Source of the DNA: Candidatus Aldehydirespirator sp.
GTDB taxonomy: Bacteria > Actinomycetota > Acidimicrobiia > Acidimicrobiales > Aldehydirespiratoraceae
NCBI GenBank assembly: GCA_965221215.1
Contig: OZ244872.1
Span: forward strand, 907,601-971,600
Length of the DNA stretch: 64,000 bases
Reading direction: 5' to 3'
Shown: positions 55,301 through 59,292 of the stretch, one piece after another
Layout: each line of letters starts with the position of its first letter
Numbering within the stretch: position 1 is the first letter of the stretch
Translations under genes and position numbers: made by a program
The notes under the pieces: model-generated
Database searches by the model: none
Seen by the model: only the letters and a program-made list of their open reading frames with translations
Told to the model about the DNA's origin: nothing

Positions 55301-56748
55301 CGCCAGTGTTCAAGATCGCCGGCGCATCCCCGCCGCCACCGCCTCCGCCGCCGACGCCGGTCGCGTCGTTCGCGGCGGCCTCGTCCACCGTGGGGGAGGC
55401 GTCGGGCAGTCGCAACCTCCGGTTGGATCTCAACCCGGCGCCCGCCGCGGCCATCACCGTCAACTACACGCTGTCGGGCTCGGCGGTCCGCGGCAGCGAT
55501 TACACCATCGCAGGAGTCTCGTCCAACAACGGCACCGTCTCTGTCAATGCCAACCAGAGCATCGTGAACATCCCCATAGTGATCACAGACGACAACGCCG
55601 TAGAGAGTTCTGAGGCGATTGTTGTGACCCTCAACACCGGCTCGGGATACACGCTCACCGGCGCTGCCCATCGTGTGCACACCCGCACCATCACCGACAA
55701 CGACACCACCCCGACCACCCCGGTCGCGTCGTTCGCGGCGGGCGCATCGACCGTCAGTGAGGCGTCGGGCACCACGAACATCCGGCTGAACCTCACCCCG
55801 GCACCCACAGTCGGTATCACCGTGAGATACACCCTGTCTGGCTCGGCGGTTCGCGGCAGCGACTACACCATCTCAGGCGTCTCCTCCAACAACGCCACTG
55901 TTGCGGTCTCGGCCAATCAGGGGTTCGTGAACATCGGTGTGCGCATCGTCGATGACAGCACCCGGGAATCCGCCGAGACCATCCGCCTGACGCTCAACAC
56001 CGGCTCGGGCTACACGCTCACGGGTGCCACGAACCGGGTCCATACCCGCACGATCACCGACAACGACACCACCAGCCCACCGCCGCCTCCTCCACCGCCG
56101 CCTCCTCCACCGCCTCCGCCGCCGCCGCCTCCACCACCACCGCCTCCTCCCGCGCAGGATGAGTCGGAGACGGTTTTGGAGCCCGAGACCTTCGACGACA
56201 TCGACGAGGTCCACGAGGTGCACGCCTCCGATGTGGCCCAGGCCAACGAGATGGGCTGGCTCACCGGCGTCGGCTGCGACACCGGGGCGTTCTGCGGCCG
56301 CGAGGCCATGAACCGCTGGCAGCTCGCGGTCATGATCGTGCGAGCCCTGGACGGCGCCAATCCCGACGCCGATCCCGCCGCGCCCCGCTTCCGCGACGTG
56401 TCGCCTGCGGCCTGGTGGTCGGTCCATGTGCGGCGCCTCGCCCAGCTCGGCATCACACTGGGCTGCGACGCCAGACGGTTCTGCCCCGACCGGCCGGTGA
56501 CGCGCGCCGAGGCCGCGTCGCTGCTGGCACGCGCCTACGGGCTCACCACCGACGCGGAGACGAGCTTCACCGACCTCGACGAAGGCGACGTCCACGCCGA
56601 TGCGGTCGCCGCGCTCTACCGCTCCGGCATCACCAACGGCTGCGACGACGGACGGTTCTGCCCCTATCAGCCCCTTACCCGCCAGCAAGCCGCCAGCCTG
56701 CTGATACGGGCCCAGAACGCCGCCCAAGAAACCGACAACGACTCCTGA
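40333..56748 (+). CDS. Giant (about 5470 aa) secreted, SLH-anchored, Calx-beta-rich surface protein
   Basis: A single uninterrupted ORF (track 40309..56748). The signal-like N-terminus is NVRRLVAVLTVALVASLLAAAPVPLL...APAEAEA. It has dozens of beta-sandwich repeats, many with the Calx-beta signature (GTA..gDDY...GT.tF..G...k.i.i....D...E..E.F.v.L). It also has 4 lectin-like modules, a Pro25 spacer and 3 SLH repeats. The start is ambiguous among ATG 40309, ATG 40333 and TTG 40339. Confidence 0.9.
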   Translation: MVLQFLRRRTSGWLCALRRDGGPDCLQSPPNVRRLVAVLTVALVASLLAAAPVPLLSDAGAPLAPAEAEAQQVTSPAVLNRVSIIEGQTRIFRISNVTSRPSYYVHASVAGSFSAEASDVTITTDNLRGQAQTITPDTDAPRAYRDSIHSTIGFEVTANEDSDGTGEETFGVRLCTTADCQSGTVLGEWEVAITEPGSDTVLTGTGATVTIPGGSALSVMEDSRNGDGRDRRATFTIALDSAPTEDIVIVGQVDTTAANGDGVATSIARINAARSPDEEPSTTARYVAARFSNMVTVTDPGNPNADPPVPPSQTTRAPTADELATQVSVVAFDNAVDTAGGTLSGDLTFTVYKDNDRFRGTGADVDGNGDPILGNAETYPGIVIPSVPIRVTDDDEPTRIRLLPTSPADNTATEGNTDKATVLVKLDRALAAGEEVTATLFFSGATLGTHFSMAAASGQTGVTYADSDDGTKGLVTLTGAGVQQGVIEVTALTDSDSDNQALQIGMPPTDQPWQRNYHRSSLAGGVCAAHGCPNRPQGDPGQRFQSVTLAESAAGLTIIESDDPDARWVVEGNDYSYSVRLKAQPSIDVTVATSIASGGSVQAGATLTFTNSDWAMPQTVTVRPTDNDLDETRRTLTVTHAFSGDATYAALADVAHEIGVLDDDPTTINMAGAGVNTDGTSTNMSKIMVEGDASRVDRSLTIELGRALVEDEYVRVPLRVEAVANGNNPELPDDPPDQDEDDDPLPSDLDPRRTVVDSFRGPRASANVAWPPYHNDVVMTATGTGVTYEHSNRHTPNHIGFRYIEFRGAGAQTATIVVHARGGFDDGESYDEAFAVTFPNDFYVFDEDTGQPVSSTPVQGNLGGGLEAQPTGLEAWYGIADDDKIAAAQTTEVANSWSAKPPSLSDGAEFRLLYVTSGTRNASEDGYATYNNFVRAEITGNQLTQGGVPDLVPYATKFAAVISTNSSQGVRGGNASLNANLEDPSNDAAIYWVGGTKVADNTADFLDGTWDDEANPTRADGTAATISTAGYWTGSEADGQRADSCSGLTGSDRHLRAGATNVGYGLLNDNGRGPLGQAVDETSCQPAPNSERRPLYALSTEAFTISGGAAIEPAATAAEGSAVTFAVTITTAAPSGGITIPYTLADGRGYDNDPANIIATSTDYTDAASGSIVIAQGDTTGTITVNTTQDSTYESDHYFTVTLGTPTGTDAPQVQALKGTAIGTITDADDAPTIEFAPATATAAEGDGTVDVTVTKTGATLLPASVYWTTADDTASHPDDYTANAGYLQFAPGETSKTITIGIVADGASESAETFKVQLDAQQIVDAQIGSASEATVTVNDDGTSVSVPNVQFTSATQAVTEAATTLTVTVEADAAAPANTDVAFTVGGDATASSDYTAPSSPVTILAGQRRTTISVPILQDSASESPETIVLTLIDGTDYNLGSQTTHTITINDDDSSPIVEFASAASKGSEGNSAVVTVEASRPVAQNTAVTYTSTGGTATSGDDYTAPGGTVTIPSGQSTAAITIPLTADSMDDSGETIVLTLTDGTDYDLGSQTTHTVTISEVGFIFTQERVFVTEGGSAVRYGISLTDDPSGLNTALPACDYILGTDEDNPVDLPRCTPDQDPVFARVIVTSPVAPAPPAANPNPFEVLTSGNDLLPTLRFTRRNFHIPQYFTVYPLQDDDPDSEQNVRITHEVRGATDDSADFRDDSPYATGGSVNGVDTGLAVPDMPAYVSDDDAGHKEGLTLRLLDKDPDLPIVIQEGNKTGRFNLEWRGPTLGGDDEVAARLRITGGTYGKDYIVDAESTSSPRVTFELPIDDESTMDVDESHVENAEIIIRWLAPFGRVPSAQFRVVSLSDGKAKSGERHLGVHLLNAWSPDDSANKDNDTPDGVRLENGPQTKRIHVLSRDRIVVRQTGTEDGLKFEGLETSGSDAELTTNGAWAAVDEDGSTEHKLAFEMSSCVLPRTSAVVTVSTSDSSKLRVHASDDIDGVVDTLTWGPNNNPEGRCGEVHTVSFIADEDDDSDDEVVEVYVTLTSGYGNAYVDGTVVRTFEVRITDDDVPAGVTVFPTAITVREGAKKGAKVGEGDPRERTNQVAFKLNTDPGSGNTVLINTRGGGMAVQRDKSQHPMEFTGGESGTWDTWQFVDITAMDDNDNADDAETVKWSVTGTGDYGSVRDLSVEVTIIDDDPAVRISRETITMAEPHVESSRATGWTYEVVLNVKPHNGIVHVVPATGDTTAVSFGKNDDGPILTHRGLDFTPENWDAPQTVTIFPLADGDSDDETVTITHSISSQVTRTITNEDGTPAQVGAARNYRRVSVPSIEVSVLDSDRAEGIVVEPDAFVSEGGSGGFPVRLAAPDAVSLVVTGTHSGVVVDTDPSLDGEQRTLVFTEENWYEPQAVFLTAEQESDSSDTDDGVFDLTLTAWTAGAPAEVGQPPNPPVLASAYGTAPVRVHVYDDEFAGGSTFTVTGSSTVTEGAAPAIFTVQADTASSVAVDVTLHISETGDFVAGGDEGDQTVAFSGGSAVQNHQVPIVDDNLQESDGTIIAELKPGSGYRIGSPSRASVGVTDDGDTGTAAPVRITMAVADGDTSTGDVVEGAGDSTGYKTVTLTLDRALTSGETVTVPLTVSGAAVTTDYTFGLHGSGNTGVTLATSGSYSAQNPAVQFASGARVATLRFTPVNNDDRTQPAIDIRIGTVEASAGITHTTAGSPVGFLIRDDEMGVIEVPRTWALKPSGVGAGGEFRLLFITSETRTAESTDIEAYNDWAQGVAARNGHVSLKPYGGLLKVVGSTESVNARVNTGMWDPNTSGFVDGSTGRSSSGVRVYWLAPASAAKVADSYFEFFSHPWDGGTHQDTRDTLESGIARDSGSAIWTGSNTNGTAHSAPLGGNAQNWVRTGHAMTAGGATTNLSRDRATKTGTLPLYVMSPVFRVEGAEAELSISGGTVAEGGTLTVTVDLSAAAPSVLNIPVQMRTSGNPTASSADFSLSNSGNVAIAMGATSGTLTFTAEDDMIDEDSETLTLEFGTLPDGVIAGTTSSVGVTITDNDTAGVTVAETSGGTTVSEDGSTTTDTYTVVLDTEPLNNVVVTVTAPAGTQVSTDSGSTWHSSRNLTFNPSGSGIWSSPQTVTVRGQNDDIDNAGDERTISVTHAITDGDGSKYTTSTPSIAAVSVTVTDNDTAGVTVVQSGGNTVVAENGGTDTYTVALDTQPLSNVVVTLTSGASTAALLSGGGQTNQGTVTLTFTPTSWGAQTVTVRGVNDAIDNANDRRTVTITQSVTTGDTNGKYTTSTNVANVSVRVNDDGDTAAVTVTPSGGTTTVTEDGSDTDDYTVVLDTQPLSSVTITATAPAGAQVSDDGGTSWGSSVDLTFTSGTSGNWGTAQTVTVRGTQDIIDNPGDQRSITITHAITSGNGDGSRYTPSTPSKPSVAVRVNDDDPKPTQITLTTNRNTAVSEGTASTMVTVTATVQGPTRFGADKTVAVSVDASADVNGGANYVDMTAVADFNITIPAGDRTATGMFTITPDNDMVDESDNSIAVTGSVSGDSAVTVNPATPIMLRDNDNAPTVVNLSVTPNSISENGGARSISVTATVQGSTRFGTDKTVAVSVAGHNAAGAVGFTQVSTFSVVISAEQQTSSGSDSFTLTPDNNIWNEQDGSAVLSGTLSGVTVNGASVTLTNDDAEPPGVTLSVSDEMIGEADGAQTITVTATVQGATRYGTARTVNVSVAASGNADAVDFTASTPMAIMLAPGDRTATTTFTLTPTADSVDEFDETITVSGTGADIAAFTDASITLADDDATTLTMTAPAGAVAESGGTTDVTLTLSRALVDGESVTVPLDVVGAAARSDYTLGLQPSSQTGVALSVSGSDSVQAPKVTLTTGAETAVMRFTAVDDSTRTQPYVLVRYGTGARAPSGAGVDFAAPADGPVGWVITDNETGDIVVPQSWALSPSGVQNQGEPRFRLVFVSSAKRDASSTDIAEYDAFIRGLLAQGHTAVVPYAGFFTVVGSTSGVHLRDHANVAGSATMPFYWLGETGDTTKRVAVDNSQFRGEWIDTETPSSQSVPRNESGAVVSVDSNGYFTGSTAAGARSANPLGSTNVTVGYLNDSGSGRAPLGSGQTVANTATRSFYGLSPVFVRASDPVVSVTTSQTSVAEGTALSFTVSADPAPPNAITVRLWVSQNSGRDMVPVVGEQMVAFAAGDTSKTLTVATAGDNSDEADAEVSARVLNNAGYTVSATAAEASVTVTDNDAMTVSVSGGGGSVSEGSSRDYTVDPGRSLLSGETVTVNFAPAGSATRGSDYTITCHGTGVTCAGLGGTTPSLTITGGSGVRNATIRINAQNDMVHPESGETAGISLRSGHASTGSGGTFSVSGSPSTFTIASTAPAAITASFDLAAYGVGEAAGARSVPVTLSRVAPSGGLVVSYTTGGDAVSGDDYSGAGGTVTVAAGQTSASISFTVIDDVLAEGAETLTFTLTDGANYDLGSPSQTTITINDNDIAPSSITLGVDDNSVNEADGATTVTVTATVSGSTRFAESKTVAVTVAGSGAANTVGFTANPSMFNITIAAGAQTGTGMFTLTPTDNSVDENNETVTVSGALSGVTVNSATITLIDDDTTVATPVTVTLSAPAGDVTEGASGAAGRKDVTITLGRALAGTETITVPLEVFGATVATDYSFGLQPATQAGVALLTSNPYSAQHPAVRLSAGASSAVLRFMPVNNSVRTQPLVTINRNSSHQTTGGGGATLGAVSGGPFKFLVIDDETGDITVPSSWALAPSGLSAGDDFRLLFRSSTTRDATSSNIADYDFFVRDVVALGGHSAALPYAGFFKAFASTRSASGSTGTTARVHNNMASGHTGHFSGANDVWADGSTVPNAGNTTGTPIYWLNGAKLANNYADLCDQALKSGSGVTTGWDLDDPRSEDGNRNIAAGTNPGQTHQAWTGTGNACEAYNHPLGGDNNGDVSRAASHDTTWAFMHQAQNARSQQRPLYGMSPVFKIAGASPPPPPPPPTPVASFAAASSTVGEASGSRNLRLDLNPAPAAAITVNYTLSGSAVRGSDYTIAGVSSNNGTVSVNANQSIVNIPIVITDDNAVESSEAIVVTLNTGSGYTLTGAAHRVHTRTITDNDTTPTTPVASFAAGASTVSEASGTTNIRLNLTPAPTVGITVRYTLSGSAVRGSDYTISGVSSNNATVAVSANQGFVNIGVRIVDDSTRESAETIRLTLNTGSGYTLTGATNRVHTRTITDNDTTSPPPPPPPPPPPPPPPPPPPPPPPPPAQDESETVLEPETFDDIDEVHEVHASDVAQANEMGWLTGVGCDTGAFCGREAMNRWQLAVMIVRALDGANPDADPAAPRFRDVSPAAWWSVHVRRLAQLGITLGCDARRFCPDRPVTRAEAASLLARAYGLTTDAETSFTDLDEGDVHADAVAALYRSGITNGCDDGRFCPYQPLTRQQAASLLIRAQNAAQETDNDS
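43009..43653 (+). other. Lectin-like module copy 1 (about 200 aa, unassigned family)
   Basis: VANSWSAKPPSLSDGAEFRLLYVTSGTRNASEDGYATYNNFV...AIYWVGGTKVADNTADFLDGTWD...YWTGSEADG...RRPLYALSTEAF. Confidence 0.6.
44020..45030 (+). other. Block of three canonical Calx-beta domains (example region)
   Basis: Examples: EGDGTVDVTVTKTG...WTTADDTASHPDDYTANAGYLQFAPGETSKTITIGIVADGASESAETFKVQL and EGNSAVVTVEASR...TSTGGTATSGDDYTAPGGTVTIPSGQSTAAITIPLTADSMDDSGETIVLTL. Confidence 0.75.
48520..49146 (+). other. Lectin-like module copy 2
   Basis: VPRTWALKPSGVGAGGEFRLLFITSETRTAESTDIEAYNDWA...RVYWLAPASAAKVADSYFEFF...IWTGSNTNG...LPLYVMSPVFRV. Confidence 0.6.
49478..50645 (+). repeat. Three tandem ~125-130-aa domain repeats inside the giant gene
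   Basis: The units start DNDTAGVTVAETSGG..., DNDTAGVTVVQSGGN... and DDGDTAAVTVTPSGG... Each contains DTYTV.LDT.PL..V...., W...QTVTVRG..D.IDN and a (V/R)V.D(N/D)D boundary. Confidence 0.8.
52156..52746 (+). other. Lectin-like module copy 3
   Basis: VPQSWALSPSGVQNQGEPRFRLVFVSSAKRDASSTDIAEYDAFI...PFYWLGETGD...YFTGSTAAG...RSFYGLSPVFVR. Confidence 0.6.
54628..55323 (+). other. Lectin-like module copy 4
   Basis: VPSSWALAPSGLSAGDDFRLLFRSSTTRDATSSNIADYDFFV...PIYWLNGAKLANNYADLCD...AWTGTGNAC...RPLYGMSPVFKI. Confidence 0.6.
55351..56073 (+). repeat. Two tandem ~120-aa domain repeats (360 + 363 bp) just upstream of the Pro25 spacer
   Basis: One unit is PVASFAAASSTVGEASGSRNLRLDLNPAPAAAITVNYTLSGSAVRGSDYTIAGVSSNNGTVSV...HTRTITDNDTT. 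The other is PVASFAAGASTVSEASGTTNIRLNLTPAPTVGITVRYTLSGSAVRGSDYTISGVSSNNATVAV...HTRTITDNDTT. The DNA copies are clearly alignable by eye with many substitutions. Confidence 0.85.
56077..56151 (+). repeat. 25 consecutive proline codons (CCN) forming a Pro25 spacer
   Basis: Counted from cca at 56077 to ccc at 56149-56151. Mixed cca/ccg/cct/ccc codons are used. A shorter Pro run (SPPPPPPPPTP) lies at about 55327-55356. Confidence 0.9.
56191..56718 (+). other. Three S-layer homology (SLH) repeats, a cell-wall anchoring module
   Basis: FDDIDEVHEVHASDVAQANEMGWLTGVGCDTGAFCGREAMNRWQLAVMIVRAL; FRDVSPAAWWSVHVRRLAQLGITLGCDARRFCPDRPVTRAEAASLLARA; FTDLDEGDVHADAVAALYRSGITNGCDDGRFCPYQPLTRQQAASLLIRA. All three fit the SLH pattern F.DV...W....V..L...GI..G....F.P...vTRaeaA.ll.R. 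Confidence 0.8.
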
Positions 56749-56791
56749 GGCCGGGTGGCGCGGGGCTGCGGCGCTGCCAGACTTCCCGGCG

Positions 56792-57922
56792 ATGCCCGAA
56801 CCCCACACCATCACCATCCCCGCCGACCTGCTGCCCTCCGACGGGCGCTTCGGATCGGGTCCGTCGAAGTTCCGCCCCGAAGCGGCCCGGGCGCTGGCCG
56901 AGCGGGCGGTGGACTATCTGGGCACCAGCCACCGCCGGGCGGGCGTGCGCCGGGTGGTAGCCGAGCTGCGCACCGGGATCGCCGAGCTGCTGGGCGCGCC
57001 CGAGGGCTACGAGGTGGTGCTCGGCAACGGCGGCGCCACCGCCTTCTGGGACGCGGCCAGCTTCGGACTGATCGAGCGGCGCAGCCACCACCTGTCGCTG
57101 GGCGAGTTCAGCTCCAAGTTCGTGGCCGTGACCGCTGCCGCCCCCCACCTCGACGATCCGTCGGTTCGCACCGGCGACTTCGGGACGTGCCCGCCGCTGG
57201 AGGCGGTGGACGGCACCGACGCCTACTGCTATCCCCACAACGAGACCTCCACCGGCGTGCAGGTTCCGGTGCGCCGCCCGGAAGGCGACGACGACGCGGT
57301 GGTGCTGGTGGACGCCACCTCGGCCGCCGGGGGCCTGCGGTTCGATCCGGCTGAGTGCGACGCCTACTACTTCGCCCCCCAGAAGGCGCTGTCGAGCGAC
57401 GGCGGGCTGTGGATCGCCCTGATGTCGCCCGCAGCCATCGAGCGGATCGAGCGCCTGGGGGCCTCCGGGCGCTGGACGCCCGCCTTCCTCGACTTGAGGC
57501 TGGCGGTGGACAACTCCCGCAAGGACCAGACCTACAACACCCCCGCGCTGGCCACCGTGTTCCTCACCGCCCAGCAGGTCGGCTGGATCAACGGCAACGG
57601 CGGCCTGGAATGGGCCGCGTCCCGCAGCGACCGCTCCGCGGCCATCCTCTACGGCTGGGCCGAGGCCTCCGACATCGCCTCGCCCTTCGTGGCCGACCCC
57701 GCGGTGCGCAGCCCGGTGGTGGGCACCATCGACTTCGACGACCGGGTGGACGCCGACGCCATCAGCGCGGTGCTGAGAGCCAACGGCATCGTCGACACCG
57801 AGGGCTACCGCAAGCTGGGACGCAACCAGCTCCGCATCGGCATCTTCCCCGCAGTGGACCCCGCCGACGTGGAGGCCCTAACCGCCTGCCTCGACCACAT
57901 CTGCGAGCGCCTCATCGGCTAA
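56792..57922 (+). CDS. serC: Phosphoserine aminotransferase (actinobacterial-type)
   Basis: 376 aa. [22 protein letters not shown]...[11 protein letters not shown]...[23 protein letters not shown]...YFAPQKAL matches the short actinobacterial SerC pattern. Confidence 0.85.
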   Translation: MPEPHTITIPADLLPSDGRFGSGPSKFRPEAARALAERAVDYLGTSHRRAGVRRVVAELRTGIAELLGAPEGYEVVLGNGGATAFWDAASFGLIERRSHHLSLGEFSSKFVAVTAAAPHLDDPSVRTGDFGTCPPLEAVDGTDAYCYPHNETSTGVQVPVRRPEGDDDAVVLVDATSAAGGLRFDPAECDAYYFAPQKALSSDGGLWIALMSPAAIERIERLGASGRWTPAFLDLRLAVDNSRKDQTYNTPALATVFLTAQQVGWINGNGGLEWAASRSDRSAAILYGWAEASDIASPFVADPAVRSPVVGTIDFDDRVDADAISAVLRANGIVDTEGYRKLGRNQLRIGIFPAVDPADVEALTACLDHICERLIG

Positions 57923-57956
57923 CAGCGAACTGCGTGCGCGGGGTACGCTCCCGGCC

Positions 57957-59156
57957 ATGAGCAGAGAGCGGATATCACGGCGCGTCGGGGCCATCGCGCC
58001 TTCGGCCACCCTGGCGGTGACGGCCAAGGCCCGAGCCTTGCGGGCCGCGGGGGAGCGGGTCATCAGCTTCGGGGCGGGCGAGCCCGACTTCCCCACCCCC
58101 GACCACATCGTGGAGGCGGCCGCGGCGGCCTGCCGCGACCCCCAGCACCACAAGTACACGCCGGTGGGCGGCCTCGAGGACCTGCGCGAGGCAGTGGCGG
58201 CCAAGACCCGGCGCGACTCGGGCCTGGAGGTCGACCCGGCCGACGTGCTCATCACCAACGGCGGCAAGCACGCCGTGTACAACGCAGTGGCCGCGGTGGT
58301 GGACGCGGGCGACGAGGTGCTGCTGCCCGCCCCGTACTGGACCACCTACCCCGAGCCCATCGCCCTGTGCGGCGGGGTGACCGTGCCGGTGGAGGCCACT
58401 GCGGCCAGCGGCTTCCGGGTGAGCGTCGAGCAGCTCGAGGCGGCCCGAACCCCCCGCACCAAGGCGCTGATATTCGTGTCGCCGTCCAACCCGACTGGCG
58501 CCGTCTACCCCCGGGCCGAGATCGTCGAGATCGGCCGCTGGGCCGCCGAGCACGGCGTCTGGGTGCTCACCGACGAGATCTACGAGCATCTCACCTACGG
58601 CGGCGCCGAGCACCACTCCATGCCGGTGGCCGTGCCCGAGCTGCGCGACCGCTGCATCGTGCTCAACGGCGTGGCCAAGACCTACGCCATGACCGGCTGG
58701 CGGGTGGGCTGGATGATCGGGCCGTCCGACGCCATGGCCGCGGCCCGCAACCTGCAGAGCCACTGCACCTCCAACGTGTGCAACGTGGCCCAGGCCGCGG
58801 CGCTGGCCGCGGTGTCGGGCCCGCTCGACGCAGTGGTGGAGATGCGCGGCCACTTCGACCGCCGCCGCCGGAGGATGCACCGCCTGCTCAGCGGGATCGA
58901 CGGGCTGGTGTGCCCCGAGCCCGAGGGCGCCTTCTACGCCTATCCCGACGCCGGCGGCCTGCTGGGCCGCGACTTCGGCGGCGTCCGGCCCGCCACCACC
59001 CTGGAGCTGGCCGACCTGCTGCTGGAGCGGGCCAAGGTGGCCGTCGTGCCCGGCGAGGCCTTCGGCGCGGGCGGCGGGCTGCGGCTGTCGTTCGCCCTGG
59101 GTGACGACGACCTGGCCGAGGGCGTAGGTCGGATGGTCGAACTGTTCGGTGCCTGA
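57957..59156 (+). CDS. Class I PLP aminotransferase (aspartate aminotransferase-like)
   Basis: 399 aa. Motifs: [30 protein letters not shown] and [16 protein letters not shown]. Confidence 0.85.
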   Translation: MSRERISRRVGAIAPSATLAVTAKARALRAAGERVISFGAGEPDFPTPDHIVEAAAAACRDPQHHKYTPVGGLEDLREAVAAKTRRDSGLEVDPADVLITNGGKHAVYNAVAAVVDAGDEVLLPAPYWTTYPEPIALCGGVTVPVEATAASGFRVSVEQLEAARTPRTKALIFVSPSNPTGAVYPRAEIVEIGRWAAEHGVWVLTDEIYEHLTYGGAEHHSMPVAVPELRDRCIVLNGVAKTYAMTGWRVGWMIGPSDAMAAARNLQSHCTSNVCNVAQAAALAAVSGPLDAVVEMRGHFDRRRRRMHRLLSGIDGLVCPEPEGAFYAYPDAGGLLGRDFGGVRPATTLELADLLLERAKVAVVPGEAFGAGGGLRLSFALGDDDLAEGVGRMVELFGA

Positions 59157-59292
59157 GGCCCGGGCACGCCGTTGAAGCCGACGGTGACCCTCGACGGGCT
59201 GTCGCCCCATCGATTGATGCTGACGTTATGACTCGGCGGGCTGTCTCGCCATCGAGTCCGAAAGATTCCGAGCGGGTAGGGATCTGTAAGCC

